Part shown: one piece after another, positions 54,034 to 64,000 of the stretch | Numbering within the stretch: position 1 is the first letter of the stretch | How the letters are laid out: the number at the start of each line of letters is the position of its first letter | Notes under the pieces: generated by a model | The model's input: the letters and a program-made list of their open reading frames with translations, nothing else | What the model was told of the DNA's origin: nothing | The model's database searches: none | Source: Euprymna scolopes | Lineage: Eukaryota | Reading direction: 5' to 3' (one strand) | Assembly: GCA_053919585.1 (NCBI GenBank) | Contig: CM132785.1 | DNA: 64,000 nt | Program-made: the position numbers and the translations under genes

Positions 54034-54545
54034 GCTTTACAGCTATAAACCATCAGTTGTTGACGGTTCACTGAAGTTAAGCAATGTTGGGATTGTTAGT
54101 ATTTAGATGCGCAACAATTTTTTTAATACCAAGTGAAGTTGGAAACGCCTTCCTGCGTCGTTTCGTAAAAGACGACTAAATGGGGGAGGGGGTAACGCAA
54201 AAGAATTAATTTTACTAATGCGCTAAATGTTGGGCAAGAACGCTATATTTACTCATTCAAAAGCGGTTCTTGGTGGGTCTGTTATTATATAAGCGGTAGT
54301 AGTGTGAAAACTTAATGACTGTCTTGAACCAGCAGTCCCTTCTTTTCCAAGATAAGGTATGTTCCGGTTGGTCCAAGAAAGGCTAACATTCATGTATTTA
54401 CATCCTATTTAGGAAGGTAGTGCTGTCTGTTGTTTAAGGTGCCTCTATCCGGGAATGTGGATGGATCCAACGCTGGCCATTTTTATACCCTTCTAGAGCG
54501 CCCCATTCGGAGGAGCAGGATCGCTCCACACACGTTAAACTGACT
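54034..54545 (+). mobile_element. 5S rRNA-headed element (SINE3-like); head 54034-54142, 3' end approximate
   Basis: GCTTTACAGCTATA..GGTTCACTGAAGTTAAGCAATGTTGGGATTGTTAGTATTTAGATG..AATACCAAGTG matches 5S (TCACCGAAGTTAAGCAACG..GTTAGTACTTGGATG). Confidence 0.7.
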
Positions 54546-55269
54546 TCATGTAGCTATTTATTTTCCTCAGCATGAGGATATATTATGATACAGAATAATT
54601 TTTTTTAAAAACCCAAAAAAACAACAACAACAAAAATCAGGACACTATTGGTTGCGGCAAAAAATAAAAATTGTCTAACTCTAGAAGGATTGTTCATTTG
54701 CTGACCGAGAATCCAAAAATTAAGTGTAGTATCAAAATGGATTGGCCCACTTTGACCCAGTAACGTGTGTTGGTCAGTTGATGCTCTGATAATGCCTGGA
54801 AAACTTCTTGATTGTAAGCTCATAAGGTTCAAGTATAAATCCTAGTACTAAGAAATATGAAAACGAAAGCTAGCTTAAATATGATTGGGTACTTCCAAAT
54901 TCGGATACACGTGGCCGGCTGCTCTGCGCCACTCCACCCCTTGAATGAATCCTACAGTCTTGATTTCATGTCAATCTTGCTGCAGTGGAAAACGGGTTAA
55001 TAGCAGTTCTTGATGATTCTCCATTTATTGTCAACTTGTCCGAGGTCAACTTGAGCTATTTTTAATAATAAACAGTGTTTGCTTAATTTATGAAGAGAAA
55101 AACGACAGGATATTTATTTGCGTGTGGGTGACAGAGAGGCGAGAAGTAAAACTAAAAATATAAATGCAAAATGAAGGGAAAGGCGAAAGTATAAATACTT
55201 GTCTGTGCATGAGAGATGTAGAGTCACAAGAGAAAAAGATTTAGCAAATGCAAAGTGAAGAAGAAAGAA

Positions 55270-55560
55270 GAGCTGCGAAATGAGAAAGGAAAGAGAAAGA
55301 CAGAAAAGCTGTGAAAATGAGAAGGTTAATAGAAAAGTCGAAAGACTGTGAAATGAAAAAGAAAAAAGAGGACAGCTGGAAATGAGAAAGGGAAAAGAGA
55401 GAAAGACTGTGAAAATAAGAAAGAATAAAGAAAAATATTGAAACGATAAAGGAAAATGAGAGAAAGGCCATCAAAATGAAAAAGGAAAAGAAAGGGAAAA
55501 CAAAGATGAAAATGAAAAAGGCGGGAGAAAGAAATACTGAAAATGGGAAAGAAAAAAAGC
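55270..55560. repeat. Purine-rich degenerate minisatellite (~30-36 bp period)
   Basis: Recurring AGCTGTGAAAATGAGAAAGG-like unit. Confidence 0.75.
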
Positions 55561-57118
55561 ACAGACAAAGAGAAAGGAAGAGGAAAGAAAAACTATGAAA
55601 AGGAGAAAGGAAAGAAGAAAACAAGGGAGAGGGACATAGTTAATATGAGCACACGTCTGTACAGACATATCGTGGGTATGCATTCTTTATACATTTGAAA
55701 CGACTGATTGACTTAAACCAACTCCAACATCAGGGAGGGGCTTTTAAAACCTGTCTTTTTTTGTATTTATTTTGATTTTGCTTTATTATTACTGTAAGTA
55801 TATGCTGATTTATATTCAGACCGGATTGGAAAGATATACGTTGGTGTTGATGGTAATAGTCGTTTGAAATGATAGATATTGCATGGGGTGGTAGAAAGTG
55901 TTCACGAAAAAAGAAAACGATGACATTTTTTTCTAAATGAACTAACCTGTCAGACACACTATAGAGGGCTGGGACTTGTTGAGAGATTGGTCTGGTTATG
56001 AGTCTCCTATCGGCACCAGATCAATATTTTACTGTCTTACACTGGTTATTTCTTTGTTTCTCACTGTAGTAAACTCAGGACTGGCATCATATTATAATAG
56101 GAACTTCAGCTCCTACAAGTAGGGGTCACTCTGGATGAGTGCAAAATCTGTCTTGATCGGATTCGTTGAAATTTTCTAGGTTACCGGCGATTTATAAACT
56201 AATCAGTTCTTCAGAAAAACAGAGATAATGTCTGGGAGGATGGCATTCTAGGACTGAAGAGAACCACACTTTACTTTGATCTAAGAGTTTCCATTTATTA
56301 TACGCTTACTTCCAGACGATACAAATGCATCTTCTCGTTAGTGTTCGACTGAGTCCCAAATTCCCCACCTCTACCGTAAAAAAAATCCACAGCAAATACT
56401 TGTCTAACTTTTCTTTATTTATCTTGTAATCTAAAAGCAAAGAAAATAGTAACAGAGTTTATTTCTAAAATCTTGGTATTTCTATGGAATTTGAACTGAA
56501 CTGCTCTTTATTTTTACCACAATCCAAGTCTAACACTAGCATAAATTTTGGGTTTAGTTAAGAAAAATCGTTTTAAATCGGTTCAAATTCTGAAGAATCA
56601 ACAATACCTTTCCATTTGAAGAATATAACACCGCAAAACTGTTTTCTAGTTGAATACATATTCAAGTAAAATGTCAAAAATGCATGCCGAGTCATCTTCT
56701 TATATGATCAAATTCTTCTAATTCTGCCCATCTTTTCCAATCCTCTCATTGTATTATTCATCACTCGACTGTCAGTGTCATCAAAACTTATCCCCAAATG
56801 ACATTTGGTTTTGTTAAATAGTGACTAATTAGTAGTTACGAAAAAATGTCGGGTACAGCCTCTAACACCTTAGTACATCTATGTATTTTGCCATTTCTGT
56901 TTAAATTGTGAAATTAAAAATCTAAAAATAGATGTTTTCTTCTCAGTGTTTATTGTCTAACCTTTGTTCTTATTAAATTACGACACTCAACGTTGTTACA
57001 TGAATATATGGAGATAAAAGTCAAAGCAAAAAAGGTTATTTTTTTTATAATTTAATGTAGTTATTCATCAAAATAAAGAGATTAACAAATAGTAGTTCTA
57101 GAGAACACACACACACAC

Positions 57119-57176
<58 letters not shown>

Positions 57177-58377
57177 CATATTTGTGGAATCAGTGTAGAG
57201 ATAACTGCACGATTCGATGTTTCATATTTGTGGAATCAGTGTAGAGATAACTGCACGATTCGAACCCCGGAAACATTCATCTTTAGTTCCAATTCTGTAC
57301 ACTACAAGCAAGGAGGCCATCAAAAATTTTCAGGACTTATTGAGAAATTAATCCAATTAATATCTAACAGATGGACAACAATAGTATGCTGTCTTAACAG
57401 TATTCACCACATCTGCAAAGGTAAAAAGTAAAACATGAACCAATAGCTATGATGTTACGCATGCATATTGATAATGCCGTCATTCGTCCTTCCTCTGGCA
57501 AATTCCATTTTTATTAATTTTCACATATTTGCACCGATTTTTCCCGGATAAAATCCAAATATAGTTTTGCATGAGTTCGAATACCGTGTATATTAAGTTC
57601 CATATCTGTAGACCAAAAACTGACAGAGGAGTTTGATAGGCAAAAATTTGTAAACAAATGTATATACGCATACATAAATATGTATAGAAAGATGTTTGTG
57701 TTAACTATAAATATTACGCAAGTATAAATGATGTAGAATATCTGCATGAATATAATTACACGTAATACGTATACATAAAAGTTAACTAAAGATGATAATC
57801 CAATAAGAAAACTGAAAAAATAATAGGGTATTAATTAAAATGAATGTTTAAGAACATGCAAAGTAGCTAGGTCTTTTGCAGATGAATGCAATTCCACGAT
57901 CCTTATTTAAACAAAGTTGTATTTCCTTTTTAAATAAATAGAAAAAAAGTGTTTTTAATATCAATACATAAACAATCAAAATTTATAGGAGTATAGATAT
58001 TATTAAATAGCATGGAGTGTTTTTGCTTAATGATCTTTTTTGTAATTTTTTTTTTTTCATTTTCATGTCTCAGTTCAATTTGTGTAGGAAAGTTCCGTAG
58101 TCGTTTTCGTCCATCTGTTTTTTTTTGTTTGTTTTTTTGTTTTTTGTTAGTACTTTTAACTGATTTTGTTCAGTCGCTTCAATTCAAATTACATTTAAAT
58201 TACTTGAAATAGTAAAGTGTCTCGTGTGTAAAAAATACGTTTTTAACGTCTTAAGAACGTGGCTTCAATAAGTTTACAATGGTTTAAAAGTGTGATTTAT
58301 CAAATTGTATAGAATTTACGGTTTTTTTATTAATTTATATATAGATATACATATGTAACTATATATGCACATATACA

Positions 58378-58442
<65 letters not shown>

Positions 58443-58464
58443 GTTGTTGTTGAAATATAATTTG

Positions 58465-58919
58465 TTTTTAATGGTTACGTACCCAGGCACTTTAAAATGT
58501 TATTATTGTTTTCAAAATTTATATTGTTAACTTTTGGCTATTTATCTTTTATATACAGTGCTTCAAATATTTTTAGTCTTTTTACGTTTGGATCCATATG
58601 AATGATTTTGTGTTTCAACTAGGATTTTTCTAAATTGGGAATGTCGGTAGCCATGTTCTTTTAGGTGTTGGCAAATCGAACTTGTATCTGAAAGGTGTAG
58701 GGCTAATCGTCTTGACAATGCGAGGTCGTTTGTCTAATGTAGCTATTGGCGTTTCTGTTGTTGGAGATGCATTCTTCCAAGGAATATTTGAATTGGTAGA
58801 CTACATTGATTTCGTCGACTGATTTTGTTGTCCGGGAAGTGTTGTTTTTAAAATTAAGGTTAACAGTTGTTAATTTTTTGGAGTAGATGATAAATCTGAT
58901 TTTAGTATTATTAACTGAG

Positions 58920-58920
<1 letters not shown>
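58465..58920 (-). mobile_element. Penelope-like GIY-YIG fragment related to 20133-22260, flanked by (TA)n
   Basis: NVVYQFKYSLEECISNNRNANSYI..LSRRLALHLSDTSSICQHL..RLKIFEALYIK. Confidence 0.85.
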
Positions 58921-58988
<68 letters not shown>

Positions 58989-59589
58989 ATTTATAAAATA
59001 TATATGGCGATTAAGCTACACTGAATATTCGGCGTTTCATCCACTCTAGGATGCGTCAGGCTACTAATTTTATAAATTACTAACTAGCTCTACCTACGTA
59101 TTGAGCACTTTTGAAGTAAATACTTAAAGTTTACGCATAAATCTATACTTTCGTATATTATTTTTATGTGAGTAAATGAAGTAGTTATATATATATATAT
59201 ATATATATAGTCACTTTCGAAGACAATAATTAGGTTAATTGCTCTACAAATTCTACGCGTGTATTGAGCACTGTTGAAATAAATACTCCAAGTACGTAGA
59301 GGTACTATATTATACGAGTGTACCACCCCCGTAAAAAATGCTGGGAAAAATATGTTGCGCTCGTGTTTGTATTGATATAAATATACTTTTTTTTTTAAAT
59401 TAACTCTCCATGTTTAGATTTTTTTTCTTTTCTTTTTTTTTCTTTAGCGATTGTGGCATTATTTCATAGGAATATTGGTGCGAACACTGGCGCAGACTAA
59501 TGTTTTTCGGCATTTTTTATGAGGGTTGTGGACTACTAATACTACTACTAGTAGTAGTAGTGGTACTTCCAAGATGTCACACTCATTTT

Positions 59590-59730
59590 GAGAATGCATA
59601 TTACTGACTGACAGCAAGTCTCATTATTAACCTGGAACGCTTTCTTGAAATTCTAGCAGGCTTTGACGTCTGGATGGTTCTTCTCGAGTTTCAACTTACT
59701 CAAGACACTTTGGGATTGTTTCACGGGCTT
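59590..59730 (-). mobile_element. Possible 3' fragment of an RLE-type (R4/NeSL-like) LINE between simple repeats
   Basis: Weak resemblance to the C-terminal GT..K.L/TIQT..LL..SRKRSR region; flanked by (TAG)n and (AAT)n. Confidence 0.35.
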
Positions 59731-59732
59731 AT

Positions 59733-59733
<1 letters not shown>

Positions 59734-59788
<55 letters not shown>
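59734..59788. repeat. (AAT)n microsatellite
   Basis: Direct reading. Confidence 0.95.
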
Positions 59789-60938
59789 GCATTTACTAAT
59801 AGAGATTTTATTTATATCTGTCTGAAACTGAAACTACACTATTTTTTCGAGTAGTTGTAAACTTGTAGTATCTTTTAATGCTCAATTGATTTTATTATAT
59901 TTTAATATTCTTAAATGTTCAATGCATTTTACTATATAATTTCAGATTAATGCACTATCTTTAAATGCTCAGTTCAGAGTGAGTAGTGTAGTATCTGTTC
60001 GCTTGTCATCCTCGGGTATTCTTTCCTACTTTGTCGTGGACAATATAATATTTGTTCGTTCGTCATGATACAACTCTCCCAGGCAAGGTGTGGCAGTGTA
60101 GTATATGCCAGAAAATGCCAAAGGGAAATTGTCGTAGATTAGGTTATAAACTGGATAAGTACTGTAAATCCATTTTAAAGATTTTTATATCTGGTAGGTT
60201 TCTAGAACGTTATAAAGCACACATTGCAATCACCAAATATTGTCATACTATTATTATAAAAATTGAATTTCATTTTTTTGTTAAAAGTAGCTGCTCATAC
60301 TACTCAGTGGAAAGCAATGTGCCTGCAGGAGATCACAATGTCAAGTATCTCTTAGCCCCCGCCTTTTCGACAAGTCGTCATGTTTTTATCCGGTAAAGAT
60401 TTTCGTTATCAGCTTGAAAACTTAAAGGGCTATGGGAATGTTTGTTTTTGATATATGAAAACATTTTATAAGATTCAAGGGAAAGTTAGAGGTCCCCTTT
60501 GAACCCCTGGCCCGAGTACGATCAACCTTTTCATGCTCCTAGCACGCACTTAGGCCATTAGTTTGTTTTTGTTATGAGAAAAGTACTAGACTCTCGTGTT
60601 ATGTAAATAGACGCTAGGCTCATGAGCACGACTACAAGTAAGAAAAGTATTTACTAAAAAAAATTAAATTATCTCAACCTCTGCAAATTACATTTTATCT
60701 ATATAGTAATGCAGACAAAAATAGAGATCAATCAAGAGAAAGAGAGTGAAGATATATAACGAGCAGAAGGAGATTAATCACTTTTTCCGATCCAAATAGT
60801 ATAACCTGAGGTAAATGGTTGACCCAACGATACACATTTTCTTCTAGCAAATTATTAAAAGCTTTCTTTAAAAGTTTGTGGTAGAATTTAGGACATTGTG
60901 GATGAGATGACACAGCATTTTATTTTATTTCAGCGAAA

Positions 60939-60999
<61 letters not shown>

Positions 61000-61112
61000 C
61001 TTGCTTATTTCAGTGAAACGGCGTCCCTTCTTCTTCTTTATCCTACTCTCCTGCATTTTCTTCTTTTTATCCGCTTCACAATTTCTAGTCCTCCCACAAG
61101 ATTTCGTTTACG

Positions 61113-61364
61113 AAAAAAAAAAAGGCACCGATAATACCCCGTGTGGTATTAACCTTGAGCAAGCTATGCCGGCTTCTTCTGAAGGAGGGCGTTTATAGAG
61201 AGTAGCAGGTTCACAAGCAGCTCCCAGCCGCATGTATTTACTGATCATGGAAAGATGAATTACTAGCATCCCCAAATGGTAAGTTATCTGGTATTGGCCA
61301 GGCTGCACGTCGTTTAACTTCGGTTATCTAACGAGAATTTGCATGTCAACGCAATTATGCCGTA
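61113..61364 (-). mobile_element. 5S rRNA-headed element (SINE3-like); head 61265-61364
   Basis: Minus strand TACGGCATAATTGCGTTGACATGCAAATTCTCGTTAGATAACCGAAGTTAAACGACGTGCAGCCTGGCCAATAC matches the 5S 5' region; ~150 bp body ends in a T-run. Confidence 0.75.
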
Positions 61365-62109
61365 TTTGTTAACATTGGACCTGAATGTTCATCAGATGAG
61401 AAGTTCTTTGGGCAGAAACTTTGATCATTGAATTTTAGTTTTAGATACACACAAGAAGCAAGGAAAATGCTTTATGGTGGTTGAAGCTAGTTGAATTTTT
61501 ACTGGATATAGAATAGATGTGCTACTTCTTGACCCAGAGTAGTAACGAAATAAATTGTTGGCAATATTTTTTAAAGGTTATTTCTTTCTTTTTCGTGCCA
61601 GTAAAGATCTCGTACATCTTACTCATCATTAATATTTGTATGCATCAAAGTTTGGTTTGTTGTCGACCAATTAGCTGTGAGTATTCGCAATACTCCAACA
61701 ACAACCCGTATATCAACATTCAAGCTGCTATTTGCATAGCTTTGATAGTTTATTCTTTCATTTATTCTTGCAATTTATTCTTTCATTTTTTAAGGTAGGG
61801 GTTTTCTATCGCGCAAATAATACGGCGACACTTTTTTCATTTCTATCGCAAAGTTTAATTAATTTTTTACATCTCTGTGATCACCAGAAACGTGGGAGTC
61901 CAATGTGTGACAATCCGTTTCTTCTTCTTCTTCCTTGCTGTCCTGATATTTTGTTTTAGACTCACGACTCGTTTTCATAGTAATAATCCAAAAACGTGTC
62001 GAAAACGGAATTTGATTTTCACGTTAATCTTTGCACGGCAAAGACAAATCACTTTTCAAAATTTGTCATGTTAATTTTACATATGTTCTCGCATTTATAA
62101 AAGAGGCTC

Positions 62110-63920
62110 TTCCGTCATTTGACCTGTCACGTTTTAAATCATCTAAACGTGTAGATTGAATGGACGCATCTTAGTTTATGTGCGTACAATCATCTTTATA
62201 AGAGACATAAATTTGTCTGTCACGCTTACATTTTAAATAGATTTAATGGACGCGAATTATTTTAGATGCGTTCAATTATCCCCATAAGCATTTACTCCCG
62301 CGATCTTAAAATAGCACTTTTTTTGGTCTGTCACGTTTGAGACTGAAGTTTGGTTTAGTTCACTTAATTTTCTGATAACACATTTATTATTCTGTCATGT
62401 TTAAATTCTAAGTAACATTTTCATCTTTCTGTAACACTTAAGTGTAAAGTAGCATCTTCGTCGGTCTGTCACGCTTGAGTTTAAAGTAGTATACTTGGTC
62501 TGCCATGCTTAAATTTAAAATAGCATTGTTACATACGCATACGAATCTCTATAAGATGCTTTGCGCGCCCGTCAGTCTGTTACGCTTTAATTAAAAGTAA
62601 TGTTTCCATCTCTAAACACATAGATTGAATAGACGTATCTTAAGAATATCCGCTTTGGTTATAATTTAAAGATTCATATGTGACAAAAAATTGACACACC
62701 AACGGTGACTGGTGGTGTTTTAGTGCAATTTAACTGACTAGTCGAAGAAACGTTTTCAGTCCGAAAAAGTCTAGAGTATTTTTATGTTGGTGACCTTGCT
62801 TTTGTGCAGACCTCTGAAGCTCCCCTCCTCTGCACTATCTTTTCTCGATGAATGATCGCGATACTATTCAGTCATTTTTGTGAACCAGAAGGCATATCTT
62901 CTTATATGCCAGCTTACAATCTCCATCTACCAACTTTGTGTCATATCTTCCCGAGTCTTCTTTATTGTCCATGATGCTCTTTAATACTATAGTAGACTTA
63001 TTATAGGATTCGTGTAGAGTTTCAATTGCTTAACTTTATTTTCCATTTTCACCGGAAATGTATCCTGTGCTCTCATTACAAACGGCACACCTGTTATATA
63101 AAAATGTCCATATTCTTACTTCTCTAACAATTTAATTCGTATATTGTTTTATATTTTTGCCTTTTAGTTCCACTATATATTCAGCATGAATTGAATCACT
63201 ATTAATGATATTAGTAGTCTTAAAAACGTTTGATGTTCATTGTTACAGCTTGTTGGATAAAAAGACTGCTTTAAAAGTTTTCTAGTATTCTCGCATACAC
63301 AAGCAACGCCCATGTTTGGTCGATCGCTTTTCTGGCAGGCAATTTTTTTTATTCATTCTCGAATAAGGTCATTCGCGGATAACTAAGGTTATTCACGTAA
63401 AAATCATCACAATCACAATTTGAAACATCTGTACGGGAAAATCAATACAGTATAACATAATTACATATTAATGTTATTTTTATTTTGGGGATTTCTTTTT
63501 TGTTTGCTATAATCTCGTCCTAGCATTGCAGAATTGTCAACCATTGGGATGTGGAAAGTCTAATTAGTGCAATATATGTTTTTTGAAGAGAATACTTATA
63601 TTGTTATTATATGGTTTTAAACCAGCCTTAATATATTAATAGGAGAATTCGTTTGACAAACACTGTCAGGCTTAAGATTAACATAGAAGTTTTGTAAATC
63701 TGCAATGCTTTAGTTTAAAATAGAGTTTTTGCCGGTCTGTCACGCTTAAGTTTGAAATAAAATTTGTGTTGGTCATTCAATAGTATATTCTTCGCTCTGT
63801 CAAACTTAAAGTTAAAATAGTATTTTTGTCGGTCTGTCATGCTTAAGTTTGAAATAGCATTTTTGTCGGTCTGTCAAACTAAAGACTGAAATTCACACTT
63901 AAGTTACAAATAGCATTTTC
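62110..63920. repeat. Degenerate ~35-40 bp minisatellite in two blocks (62110-62600, 63660-63920)
   Basis: Unit GGTCTGTCACGCTTAAGTTTAAAATAGCATTTTTGTC. Confidence 0.8.
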
Positions 63921-64000
63921 ATTAGTTAATGCATATATTGAATTAACATATCTTACGAATATTTGAACATATAAATGTGTCCAGGCATCTCGGTCGGTCC

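Noticed and set aside
54700-54825. Another U2-like (AAGTGTAGTATC) or 5S-like head
   Set aside because: Only a 12-nt U2 match and very weak 5S similarity; within chance
55241-55683. Phe/Ser-rich membrane-like ORFs
   Set aside because: Translations of a purine-rich low-complexity repeat
62780-63200. RTE-like LINE fragment splitting the minisatellite
   Set aside because: Too decayed to show a diagnostic motif

Overview
AT-rich animal genomic DNA from a draft scaffold with six ~130-170 bp N gaps. The repeat spectrum suggests an invertebrate, possibly a cephalopod-like mollusc; this is inference only. Almost all of the window is intronic or intergenic and packed with decayed mobile elements: CR1/Jockey-group LINE fragments of two families, a near full-length Penelope-like element (RT + GIY-YIG) plus fragments, minimal hammerhead-ribozyme motifs, mariner relics, Helitrons, a foldback element, microsatellites and several SINE-like families. 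One convincing host coding exon is present (minus strand, 35099-35338); it resembles the N-terminal region of KY/Hillarin/LTD-1-like proteins. The most striking observation is a short retroposon family headed by the first ~47 nt of U2 snRNA (31492-31681 with a target-site duplication; ~34200-34400). It carries a non-U2 body that folds back on the U2 branch-point-recognition sequence and a 3' tail shared with the local tRNA-headed SINE. 5S rRNA-headed elements are also present, so tRNA-, 5S- and U2-headed retroposons coexist here. All alignments were made by eye against remembered consensus sequences; no searches were run.
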